Below are positions 25,682 to 37,820 of a stretch of DNA of 64,000 nucleotides, in pieces. A program made the position numbers and the translations under genes. Where the stretch lies: the NCBI RefSeq assembly GCF_006345805.1, contig NC_043006.1:48546001-48610000 (forward strand). Direction: 5' to 3'. Source of the stretch: Octopus sinensis (taxonomy: Eukaryota). Under the pieces are notes generated by a model that ran no database searches, was not told the DNA's origin, and was given only the letters and a program-made list of their open reading frames with translations. Every line of letters begins with the position of its first letter. The first letter of the stretch is position 1.

Positions 25682-26319
25682 ATACAGACACATATTTCTA
25701 TATAGGACAATACAATATGTATGTATCTGTGCAGGTGTCATGGTTGCCTTTTCCTAACTAAGAGTTATTACTAGCTGCCGTTGTCATAGCCGCTGGTGTT
25801 GCATCATTTATATCTTGTAATTTATGACTTTGAAATGTCTAATTTATCCGACAGATAATCGTATTTTAACTTACAAAAGTTCTTTACTATATTCCATTGT
25901 AACTAAGCAACACTTGATCTTGTGTTTGTGTTGTGACCAAGTCTGTAAGTCTGTTCTCATTACATTGCACCTGTCTTACGTAATACCACCGATACATGTA
26001 ATACTTCAATGGTTTATTTCTATTGATTTAACAATTTTCTAGAATAGCCCCACCCTCATTCTTCTAGCTATCTATATCTCTATTATCTGAACATTGCATT
26101 TACACACATGCCAATGCATACATGTGTGCGTTAGTTAATCTTATATATGTAGGCACAGATGTAGCTCTGTAGTATGATGTTTACTTTGCCACAACTTAGA
26201 TCCAGGATCAACCCCATTGCATGGCATGTGTGTCCTACTATAGCTCCGGGCCAACCAAATCCTTGTAAGTAGATTTGGCTGGCAGAAACTGAAAGAAGCT
26301 TGTCATATATCACCGTAAA

Positions 26320-26715
26320 GGCGTAGGAGTGGCTGTGTGGTAAGTAGCTTGCTTACCAACCACATGGTTCTGGATTCAGTCCCACTGCATGGCACCTTGG
26401 GCAAGTGTCTTCTACTATGGCGTCGGGCCGACCAAAGCCTTGTGAGTGGATTTGGTAGACAGTAGATGGAAACTGAAAGAAGCCCGTCGTATATATATAT
26501 ATGTGTGTGTGTGTGTGTCTTTGTGTTGGTCTCCCACCATGGCTTGACAACCAGTGATGTTTTGTTTGTTCCCATAACTTAGCAGTTCAGTAAAAGAGAC
26601 TGATAAAATAAGTACCAGGCTTAAAGGATAAGTCTTGGGATCAAATTTGACTAAACCCTTCAAGGGGGTGCCCCAGCATGCCCACAACCCAATAACTGAA
26701 ACATGTGAAAGATAA
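26320..26715 (+). mobile_element. Family A SINE, full length
   Basis: GGCGTAGGAGTGGCTGTGTGGTAAGTAGCTTGC head through CCCCAGCATG tail. Confidence 0.88.
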
Positions 26716-26894
26716 AAATATATACATAATATATATTGAATTGAAAAGCTTCAGTTAATTAAGATTACCCTTATAATTAAAAGACCCAACGACCTACATC
26801 CTTCAGTATATATGAGGGTGGGTATGACGAAAATCATGAAATTTCTAGTGACGATGATGGAAGAATCTTAGCTAATAATATATGTGTGTGTAAG

Positions 26895-27675
26895 ATGCAG
26901 ACTTGGCTGTGTGGTAAGAAGCTTGCTTCTCAACCAAATGGTTTCAGGTTCAGTTCCACTGCATGGCACCCTGGGCAAGTATTTCTACTATAGCCTTGGC
27001 TGGCCAAAGCTTTGTGACTGGATTTGGTAGATGGAAACTGAAAGAAGCCTGTTGTATGTATGTATGTATGTATATATTTATGCGTGTGTCTTTGTGTCTG
27101 TTTGTCTCCCCCACCATCGCTTGACAACCGATGTTGGTGTGTTTACATCCCCATTACTTAGCAGCTCGGCAAAAGAGACCCATAGAATAAGTACTAAGCT
27201 TACAAAGAATAAGTCCCGGGGTCAATTTCTTCGACACGTTATCAAAGAAGCTTGAGAGGCGGTTGGATGGGACCTACACTCGCCTCCTTATGAGAGCTCA
27301 AAATCTCTCGTGGAAGCGCCATCCAACCAAAATGCAAATATATGGGAAACTACCACCTGTGTCATCTCTTGTGAAAGGTAGGAGAGTCCAGTTTGCTGGA
27401 CATTGTTGTAGAGCTGAAAAAAAAGTAATTTCTACTCTTCTCCTCTGGAAGCCATCTACTCGCAATACCAGAGGGCGCACACTCTCCTACCCTGATGTAA
27501 TCTCCAGGGATACAGGCGTCCAGCAACAGGACTTCTGTAATGCCATGATGGACCATGAAGTCTGGCGTAGCATGGTAAATTCCATTGTCTCGACCACGGT
27601 CGAACAATGATGATGATGAAGGCAGTGCTCCAGCATGGCTGTAGTCAAATGACTGAAACAAGCAAAAGAATAAAA
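26895..27675 (+). mobile_element. Family A SINE interrupted by a LINE fragment
   Basis: The SINE sequence stops at ..TTCTTCGAC (27235) and resumes AAGGCAGTGCTCCAGCATGG (27619). Confidence 0.85.
27236..27618 (+). mobile_element. 5'-truncated RTE-clade non-LTR retrotransposon, 3' end of ORF plus (TGA)n tail
   Basis: Open frame TLSKKLERRLDGTYTRLLMRAQNLSWKRHPTKMQIYGKLPPVS..RRVQFAGHCCRA..LLLWKP..RGRTLSYPDVISRDTG..AMMDHEVWRSMV matches the RTE C-terminal pattern (LDGxYTR, RRLxxAGHCxR, LLLWxP, DRxxWR). Confidence 0.85.
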
Positions 27676-28074
27676 AAAATATACATACATATGTATATAT
27701 TTAGTTATTTATATCATGTACATCTGTTTCTTGTTTGTACATTCAATGCCATTTGTTTAGCCTTTAAGCCCTCGGATTATTCTGTCAAATGTAATGCTTA
27801 TTTATTCACATTGTTTTGAATTAATCATGCTTCATTATCTTGAAATTTCGATAATGTGATTGTTTACTTTTTTGAATCACCTTGTAGGTGTGACTGGCCA
27901 GATCTGGCCAGTTTTGAAAATAAAACCAGGTGGAATATTTTTAACCAGATATAGCCATTTGAAATGCTGTTTGTTTAACAGCACTCAGATTAATTTATCA
28001 AACAAAATGCATATTTATCCACATTTAAAAAAAAAAAATTAATCATGCATTATCTTGTAGCATCAAGGTTTTGA

Positions 28075-28620
28075 AGATGTGATGGTTCATTTTTAGAATG
28101 ACATTGTAGGGTAGGTGTGAGAAGCAGGATCTGGCCAACATAAAAAAGGGGTGAAGATGTGATGGTTCATTTTTAGAATGACATTGTAGGGTAGGTGTGA
28201 GAGGCAGGATCTGGCCAACATAAAAAAACGGATATGATTGTTTATTTTTAAAATGACATTGTAGGGTATGTGTGAGAAGCGGGATCTGGCCAACATAAAA
28301 AAAAGGATATGATTGTTTATTTTTAGAATGACATTGTAGGGTAGGTGTGAGAAGCAGGATCTGTCCAACATAAAAAAGGGGTGAAGATGTGATTGTTTAT
28401 TTTTAGAATGACATTGTAGGGTATGTGTGAGAAAGCAGGATCTGGCCAACATAAAAAAAGGGGTGAAGATGTGATTGTTTATTTTTTAGAATGACATTGT
28501 AGGGTAGGTGTGAAAAGCAGGATCTGTCCAACATAAAAAAGGGGTGAAGATGTGATTGTTTATTTTTAGAATGACATTGTAGGGTATGTGTGAGAAAGCA
28601 GGATCTGGCCAACATAAGAA
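28075..28620. repeat. ~80-bp minisatellite (7 units) expanded inside a TTAA-type MITE
   Basis: The unit TTTTAGAATGACATTGTAGGGTA(G/T)GTGTGAGAAGCAGGATCT.. starts at ~28091, 28171, 28246, 28321, 28401, 28483 and 28563. The same segment is single-copy in the MITEs at 34177-34398 and ~61630-61810. Confidence 0.9.
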
Positions 28621-28719
28621 AGGGAGAATATTTGGGCTGGATGTAGCCATTTTAAATGCTATTTGTTTTAAGAGGTCATCTCCAATCTTATTGGACGTGT
28701 TACCTGTCATAACAGCAAA

Positions 28720-29235
28720 CATGGTGATAATGGTAGTGTTGGTCATCATCATCATCACAGCGTTAATGGTGGGCAGCAGCAGCAGTGATGGACATTGTCA
28801 TCATAGTTAGGGTCATAGCAGCGTTGATAGACAGTAGTGGAGGTGATGGTGGGGAAAATGACCATCATCATTATGGCAGTAGTAGTGGTGGTGGTAATCA
28901 TCATTAATTTCGTTGTCATTGTCATCATCTTGGCTATAGCAGCGTTGATGGTGGACAGTTGTGGTGGTGGTGGTGTTGGTGGTAATCTATGTCTTTATTG
29001 TCAGCATCACCATTGTGGTGATGGCACCATTTATGGTGGTAGTGGTCATTATCGTTGCCATCGTCGTGGTGATGGCAGTGTTGATGGTCAATAGTTGTGG
29101 CGGTGGTGGTCATTAGCATTGTTGACAGTGGACAGCAATGCTGGTGGTAGTGGTGGCAGCAACGATTGTTATCATCATAATCATAACATTCCTGATGGTG
29201 GGTAGGAAGTGGTGGTGGCCATGGTGGTCGTGACC
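28720..29235. repeat. Degenerate (GGT/CAT/AGC)n low-complexity tract
   Basis: Mixed trinucleotide runs that give poly-V/H/T pseudo-ORFs on both strands. Confidence 0.85.
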
Positions 29236-32200
29236 AGATCACATAAGAAATCATGTTTTTATGTTTGTTTCATTATTTCATTATTTATTAATTAATACTT
29301 CCATATATCTAATGCCATTAGTGTTATGAATGATGGAGAGAATTAAAAGGGTGGTATTTATCACTATTATTATTTTTATATCCTCTTCATCACCATCACA
29401 CAATGGGCCTATTGTGTATTCCTGTTTTTCCATTTATCAGTTCAAGACCAATTCCATAACAGATTGTTGGAAACCCACCACTAGTGATCATGTAATCCGT
29501 TGCTAACTGCTTATGGTTGAATGGACCCAGCAAGGTTGAGGAAAAAAAAATAATAAATATCTACTAAAGGTGAATGAGCTCATTGGGAGAGTCACCTGTG
29601 CCCTTATTCTGATTGTGTGAGATGGGTGCCACCAGGGTCTCCAGACCAAAAGGAAACTCTTGGATGGAAGTCTTTTACTTGATGCAATCATTGGACTGCA
29701 GCCATGCTGGGATACTGTCTTGCAGTGTTTTAGTCAAACGAATCAACCTTGGTATTTTTTATAAGTTTGTTACTTATTCTTTCGGTCTGTAAGCTGAAAC
29801 AATTACTTACAGGGATGTAAACAAACCAACACCAATTGTCAAGCAGTGGGGCAAAGACAAAAAATAATGTGTGTGTGTGTGTGTGTGTGTATCATCATCA
29901 TTTAATGTCCAACCTCCATGCTGACATGGGTTGTGTGGTTTGACAGGAGTTGACAAGCCAGAGGATTGCACCATGTTCTATTGTCTGTTTTTGGCATGAT
30001 TTTCACAGCCAGATGTCCTTCCTAACACCAACCACTTTACCAAATGGACTGGGTGCTTTTTAATGTGACACCAGCACCATGCACAAACACATATACATAT
30101 GATGGGCTTCTTTCTGTTTTCATCTACCAAATCCACTCTCAAGGCTTTAGTCGGCCTGAGGCTATAGTAGAAAGCATTTGTCCAAGGTGCCACACAGTGG
30201 GACTGAACCCGGAACAATGTGGTTCTGATTCTATCAGTTTCTTTCCCCAAACCACTAAGTTACGGGGGTGTAAGCACACCAACGCACATTATCAAATGTT
30301 GATGGGGGTCAAACAAAGACACACACACACACACACACACATATATTCATACGATGGGCTTCTTTCAGTTTCCATCTACCAAATCCACTCTGAAGGCTTT
30401 GGTCAGCCTGAGGTTATAGTAGAAGACACTTGCCCAAAGATGTTACACAGCGGGACTGAATCTGGAACCTTGTGGTTGGGAAGGCCTGTCTGGAAGGAGA
30501 CTTCTCAAATCATTTGTTTAATGCTATAAAATCTAAAGTAAGGAACTAGCCTTGAACCAATCAGACTACTTTCTAATAGCATTTTCATTTTCATTTTATA
30601 AAACAGAAAAGTTGGTGAACTGGCATAAGTGTTACCAAACCAAATAAAATGTTTAGTAGTGTTTCTTCCAGTTCTTTTGTGTTCTAAGTTCAAATCTTAC
30701 AAAGGCTAACTTTGCTTTTTATCCCTTTTGGGGTTGGTAAAATAAGCACCAATCAAGCTCTGTAATCGACTCCCTCACTCCTCTCAAAGTTACTACTGGT
30801 GTTGTGCCAAAATTGGGAAAGACTTTGATAAAAAGAAAAATATTCTCTCCTTTAGTGAAGACCACAAATTATGATCTGTAGATGGTATTGCTAACCGAAC
30901 ACTTTAACCATTTAACCATTCAACACTCATCTAGATCTTGTGTATCATCTGTTCAATAAATGAAAAAAAAAAAAAAGAAAGAAAAGAAAATTGTTGTTAA
31001 ACTGATTGTTCTATTTATCATCAAAAAACGAAAAAGAACCATAGCAACATTAAAATTTATATTTTACACATGAGAAATTAAAAAACTCATTTTTGGAAAT
31101 GAAATAAAAATTCTGAACCAAAAGTCTAAAAAAATAAATAAATCATGACAACTACTGATATATAGACATGACTTTTGTTTTGTTTTTTGTTGTTGATTTT
31201 CCTTTTCGTTCTTTTTTTTTTTTTTGTACTTTTCAATGAAGGAAACCCTTTGTTCGCAGTTTAAGTCTTAATTGCTTTGCTGCTGTAAATTGGGAATAAC
31301 TATAACTATATTCTCACACTCCTCACAAACCCATATTGATACACGTGTCACAGCACATGGTGCTTAAAACACTGTCCACCAACAAGCACACACAAACTCT
31401 AGCATTGTATAAATTTAATATTGAAAACTGCTTTTTTTGCCTTTCATCTTTTCGGGGGGGTCGATAAATTAAGTACCAGTTGCATACTGGGGTCGATCTT
31501 ATCAACTGGCCACTCACCAAAAATTTCTAGGCCTTGTGCCTAGAGCAGAAAAGAAAATTGTAACTGTTGTCATTTTATGCTGCCTTAAATAAAGCCATAT
31601 AATGTATCCTCTTGGCCATTGTCAATAAAATGAATGTTGCACATATCCACTCCCTCTCTCTTTCTCTCTCTCTCTCATTATTTTCATCATTCTAACAAGC
31701 TGATTCTACAAATTTCCACATTCGTCTAAATTTCCACATTTATCTTTTTATTATTATTTATTTATTTATTTATTGGACAGATGATACACTAGATTAATAC
31801 AGAGTGGTTAAATGGTTCGGTTAGCAATACCACCTGCAGCTCATAATTTGTGGTCTTCACTGAGGGGAGAAAAATGTTTTTCCTTTCGTCAAGTCCTTCC
31901 CAATTTTGGCACAACGCCAGTAACTTTGAGGGGAGGGGTGAGTCAATTACAGTGCTTGACTGGTACTTGTGTTATCTAAATAATGCTAGGGAGAAGTAGT
32001 GGTGGTGGTGGTGGGGGGGGGGTCACTATTTGTCAAGCTTGACCATGTTTCTGTACATGTATGCCTGAGCCTGGGTAAGAATCTCCTGAAAACAACTGGT
32101 AGTTAGTTACCCATGTATATGAGTCTGCCCCACGTCTCTGTTCCAAAGTGTTTGAGTTGATACAGCTTGTTGCAGGCATCGCCATCAAGATGCAGAGCCA

Positions 32201-33299
32201 GAACAGGAACTGCGAGGCAACCATCTAAACCCTTTATCTGTTCTACCAGTCCACCACATAGGATTGGTACCCATTTCTTAACCCTAAAAAGATGGAAGCA
32301 AAGTTGACTAACAACAGGTTTTGAACCCATAGTGTAGAGATTTGGTACAAATATCACAAGGAATTTATCCATCACTTTAACATCTGCCACTTTACCGTCT
32401 ATTAGCTCTATCAAGTATCGTCTATGATGGATGACTTTTATAACACCCTTTGGTATCAATAACTGGGAACAGCACCTCTTTAGCATAAAACAGTGTTACA
32501 ACTTGTACCAGTTGACAATGGGTCAAACTACTAACCATAGTTGGATGTTTATAAACCTTTTGTGTAAAGGAAGAATCACAATTGGTCAGAGTGCTGAAGG
32601 ACAAAATATTCTATTTTCAATCCTTGTCATGTTAAACTAATGTAAAGGTACCCTAATGCTGGGGTACAGATGATTATTTAATGCAAGTCACTGTAATAAG
32701 AGGGAACACTGTAAAAGGTATAACTGTTTCCATTAACATGCTGCCTCAGGTTCAAACACTTTGATAGCTGCAAGTCAACACAAAGTTTGTTCCTTAGCTG
32801 GTTTGGGTTTTAGTCAACTCCCCATAAAGAATCAGGAAATTGTACACAAATTGATACATATGTAGGTGTGAGGTGTTTATAATTATAAATACAGGTGTTG
32901 CAAAAAAAAATTATTTCAACTGTAAGTTTCAAATGGGAGATTCATTAGATTTTATTTTCGTTCAAAATTCCTTATTTGAACATAATCCCATTGTATCAGA
33001 TGTCTCCTTGAAACTTTTATACATGATATCAAACAAGCTGCTTGTTTGGTATGCTATTTAAAGTTTCCAATCTGTAAAATTTAGTAAGGTCCTTATTAAA
33101 TTAGAAATTTATTGGTAAAAAGACTCATTTGTGTATGTACATACATGCACATTAGTCCAAAATATTCTTAGTCGCCAACTCATAAAAACTTTCTGGTGGT
33201 TTGTTAACTCTTAGAAGCAATGGTATAGAAAGATTATTTTTTAGAAAGAAGCAGCTATTTCGAGAAAGAACATTATCTTCAACTTGCTATTGTACTCAC

Positions 33300-33366
33300 C
33301 ATGATGAAATAATTATCTGCAGTGATGGAGTCAATTCTGAAAGTTTGGTGAACAATTTCAGCTCTG
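33300..33366 (-). CDS. Candidate internal exon of an unidentified minus-strand gene (67 nt; NAGNAG alternative 64 nt)
   Basis: Acceptor TTTAGATTCTTTTTTCAG| and donor ATG|GTGAGTAC are both near-consensus. Two open frames: RAEIVHQTFRIDSITADNYFIM or ELKLFTKLSELTPSLQIIISS. Non-repeat sequence. Confidence 0.55.
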
Positions 33367-34176
33367 CTGAAAAAAGAATCTAAACTAAATTGGTCTTTTA
33401 AGATAGAAGTAGCCACCAAGGAGATAGATCTATAATGTGTTGCTGTGATTTATGTATGATATTGGGTGTCTATTTACAGCTTATCAGGTTTTCTTAAATA
33501 GAACTTCACACTGCAGTTACTTTTAGTTAATACTTTAATCTCATGTACATTGTGATGTTGAAGACTGATGCTGTGGTTGACCTTCCAACTGTATACTATT
33601 GAAATTAGTTTCTTAGACACATGGACATTTTATGCAGAGAATGTATGTAGATAGTCATTGTAATGCACCACAGTATAATATTGAAACTTTTATTACTAAG
33701 ACTTGAACTCAGAACAAAAGAGAATGATACTTAAATAATACTATTCATGCGTTTACTGTGAAGATTTGTCATGTCTGCTGTTGCTTACACACAAATAGTT
33801 GTGAGTTCAAAAAGTCTTCTGGTCATTCTAAAGCTTTAAAGCCATTAGACATAGGTGATAGCAGAAGTCAAAGATTAAGTATGGTCTTGATAACCATAAA
33901 TTATAATTCAAAATTTGACACAATAATGTTAACATTTGGTCTTTGTTTTAAACACCACTAGTTGTCTCTCTCGACTGATCTGGTTAGGATATGGAGACCA
34001 CCTTCGAGTTAAGGAAAGGAAAAAAAAAAATTATTTTTAACCCCTTCCTTGCCATATTTAGTTGAAATACATTATCTTTCATAATTACTGAAATGCATTA
34101 CCTTTCTTTGAATTAATTTTTAAAAGAATGAAGAATTTTGTAAAAATAACTTTATCGTCATTGAAATAATATTTAA

Positions 34177-34398
34177 CATTTTAGCATATAAACCGGCCAC
34201 ATCCAGCCCAAATATTTTATCTGTTTTATGTTCAAACCAGCTGGCTCTGGCATCTCACACCTACCCTACAATGTCGTTCTAAAAATGCAATAATCACATT
34301 AATGAAATCTGAAAGCTACGAGATAATGCATGATTAGTTTAAAACAATGTGAATAAAATAAGCTTTACATTTGGCAGAAAAATCTGAATGCTAAAGGG
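34177..34398. mobile_element. piggyBac-like MITE (TTAA TSD), nested in a second TTAA-type MITE
   Basis: TTAA|CATTTTAGCAT ... ATGCTAAAGGG|TTAA. The flanks (from ~34037 to ~34450) match the 44961-45180 family. Confidence 0.75.
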
Positions 34399-35048
34399 TT
34401 AAACATGAATTAACATGAAATTTTGATGGAAGGTTTTAATTTAGAACACTTCAAAACATACAAAACTTTAAATTTGAAGAACTATTCAACTTCTCATGAT
34501 AAAAATTAAAAAAAAAAACAAAAATGGGTTGGAGAGCAAATAAAGGAAAGAAGGTAATTTTAAATTGGATGGCTCTTATATTTTGAATAGTGGCATATCA
34601 CCTTTTCTCACTCTGTCAAGACAGAACACCCTGGTTTCTACTTATATGTCCACTGAATATGCTAGAAATAGCAACCAAATCTCCCTAATTTGAAATGAAG
34701 TATTTTGGGAGAAGGAAAACAAAAAACCATACAATCAACAATCCCATCCTCTTTCTAATTCTCCTGAAAATCCCACCACTTTTCCCCCCTCTACCTATCA
34801 TCCCTATTGACAAGGTCCCATCCCTCCCACTCCCATATGACTGGCAATTAATCACTCTGCCAAGATATCAGGATTAGCTTTAAGTCTACGCTGTGACATA
34901 GCCAAGCCACCACGACTTAATACATTATGAAGTGCTTTTCTGCCTTCCCATCCCAAAGCCACCAAACTTCCTTCACTACTGCACTTGACACTGCTTACCA
35001 CCAGCTATTAGTAAGTTTACTTACTGACTTACTACTGTATTTTACATA

Positions 35049-35585
35049 CAGCTTACTGTGCAGGAGATATTCCCATCATCAGCTGCCAATTAAAGATCGT
35101 AATGATTTCAGCACTTTTTATTAAGTTTTACTTTCCAGTGGTACTGAACAACATCGATACTACCAGGGAATGTCTGGGCTTTTACATCCTCACTGTAGTA
35201 TGCTTTTTTCTGTTCATCATGGATGATGAACAGCTTTCTACACAGGAGACATCCCCTTCATCAGATTCCAATCACAATGATTTCAGCACTTTTTATTAAG
35301 TATTGCTTTCCATTGGTATTGGACAACATTGATACTTACCAGGGAGTGTCTGAGCTTTTACATCCTCACTGTAGAATGCTTTTTTTTCTGTTCATCAGCC
35401 ATGATGAACAGCTTGCTACACAGGAAACATTCCCTTCATTAGCTGCCAATTAAAGATCACAATGATTTCAGCACTTTTTATTAAGTATTGCTTTCCATTG
35501 GTATTGGACAACATTGATACCAGGGAATGTCTAGGCTTTTACATCCTCACTGTAGCATACTTTTTTCTGTTCATCATCCATGATG
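35049..35585. repeat. Tandem repeat, ~180-bp unit x3, with hairpin at unit junctions
   Basis: ATGATTTCAGCACTTTTTATTAAG at 35102, 35277 and 35462. CTGTTCATCA-N4-TGATGAACAG palindromes at 35210-35233 and 35388-35411. Confidence 0.9.
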
Positions 35586-36854
35586 TCACCTCACAAAAAT
35601 GGGTGCAGCTGCAACCACTATAACAATGTAGCAACTATATTGTTTTACTACTCCCTAAGAGCTCGTACTTTGCTTTTACCTTTGATCTTTACTCTCCCAT
35701 GTCTTTGATGAAGCATTTTCTGTTCGCCATCTCTGCAGTTTGGCAATCACTACTCTACTTGTACTTCCCAAGTTCAATACAAGACTATCTTGTAGCATAC
35801 ATGTAGTGGTTTATACCATCATTGTTTCACTCAGTGTCAGCTCTGATCCAGCAGATCTATAATTTAAAAGCATTTCCAATCCTTCTCCCATATATGATAA
35901 GTGCATCAAAATATCGCATAATCCAATGTGGGATTATTAATGGTCAAGGCACACAGCTTGGTAGTTAGGGTGTTGCACTCACCATCTTGTTATCAGGGTT
36001 TCAATTCCCAGACCTGGTGACGTAAGTTCACTGTCATCAATTCACTGCCAGGAAATTTCACCATCATCAACTCACCATATTTTTTTTCTTTTCAATAAAA
36101 TAGTTTTTAATTATTAATGGTGAGATACTGAGTTTTCCTTGTGGTAAACTTACCTGTAATCATCTGGCAATGTATTGTGCTCTTGAGCAAGACACTTCAT
36201 TTCACACTCTTCCATTCCAACCAACCAACTGTAAATGAATAATCCTGTAATGGACTTGTGTCCTGTTCTGGGGTGATGATGTCATCTTGGTCACTTATAC
36301 ACCTTGGAAACTGAGTAACTGGCACCACAAGTCCAAGAACTCAAGATAGTACAGTTCTGGGATTAATAATGGTAAATATGTGATTGATTCATGAGAGACT
36401 TGGTTGCTATTTCTAGCGTGTTGAGCGACCACTTAGAGGCTCCATCATTGCCTCAGTTTAGTGTCTGTTTACTGTACTGCAGAGTGTAAGAACCACTTGT
36501 TGACAGCATTTGCTATCCCTTGGTCTGTGTTTTTTTTTTTGCACCCAGTTGTCAAACCAACTGAGATGTTATGCTAACATCACCACAAAGAAAACTTCTA
36601 TTTTTGCTTCCACAAAACCAACCTGTTTCTGCCTCTTGGTGTTTGTTTCAAGTTAGGCATGTTATATTGAAGTGAAGCATGCACCAATGTGTGTGTGTGT
36701 GTGTTTAGGAGAGAGTAAATGTATGTGGATATGTTAGAAAGTGTGTGTCTGCTCGGTTCCAATTTCAATTTGAGTCTGTTATGCATATATATACACTGAA
36801 AATTGTGTAAATATTTACATACATGTGTTAAGTTCTACTCTTTCCTTCCATACC

Positions 36855-36897
<43 letters not shown>

Positions 36898-37440
36898 ATT
36901 CTCTTTCTCTCCGCACTCTCATGTTATAAAATTTGACATCTTATTTGATGACTTCAGTACAAAAAAACAAAAAAAAATTCCCTCCTATTTACCTACCATC
37001 TCTTACAACACTCCAGTTCTAATGGTAGTGGTGGTGGTGGTGGTAGAGTTGTTACTGCTGCTGCTCCAGGATGTGTGTGCAATGGGCGAACACTCTACTA
37101 ACGACATAGGTGATGCTAATATGGAATTTACTGGTAATGGCAGTCGTAGTGGTATCACTAATGCTAGTATCAGTGGTAGTGTTACTGGTTAATTTGGTAT
37201 TGGGTTTCTAGTGAGAGTACTAATGGTAGTTGATGTCCTCATTTTGCTAGTAACTCTGATGGTACTATTTGGCCAATGTTGGTAGTTTTGAGTAAGATAT
37301 TTTAAACTTTTTAAATAAACATACTTTATATATTTATACATCTATCTTATTAATACTATTTTATTTTGGTCCTATATCTTCTGTGATGATTTTTTTAATG
37401 TAATTTTCCTGCTCTTATTTTATAATATCACATATATATA

Positions 37441-37820
37441 TATCATCATCATCATCATCGTTTAACATCTGCTTTCCATGCTAGCATGGGTTGGATGATT
37501 TGACTGAGGACTGGCGAACCAGATGGCTGCACCAGGCTCCAATCTAATCTGACAGAGTTTCTACAGCTGGATGCCCTTCCTAACACCAACCACTCAGAGA
37601 GTTTAGTGGGTGCCTTTACGTGCAACCGGCACGAGGGCCAGTCAGGCAGTACTGGCAACAGCCACGCTCAAATGGTGTTTCTTCGTGCCACCTGTACAGG
37701 AGCCAGTCCAGCGGCACTGTCAACAACCTCACTCGAATATTTTTTCACGTGCCACCGACACAAGTGCCAGTAATGCGACACTGGTAACGATCATGCTCGA
37801 ATTGTGCTTTTTACATGCCA
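37441..37820 (-). mobile_element. SINE family C, long copy
   Basis: On + it starts with (CAT)n CGTTTAAC; the body matches 23593-23775 and extends further 5'. Confidence 0.85.

Noticed and set aside
28075-28620. CRISPR-like appearance of regularly spaced repeats (also 35049-35585)
   Set aside because: Whole units repeat with no unique spacers, there are no cas genes, and the context is eukaryotic.
32033-32224. Signal-peptide-like small ORF (MVASQFLFWLCILMAMP..)
   Set aside because: It starts at GTG, abuts a SINE remnant and has no supporting splice or expression evidence.
32431-32640. TFITPFG motif suggesting gypsy reverse transcriptase
   Set aside because: No properly spaced LDxxxGY/FxQ upstream and no MPFG or YxDD downstream. 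Part of the neighbouring region (~32260-32320) is a decayed family B SINE.
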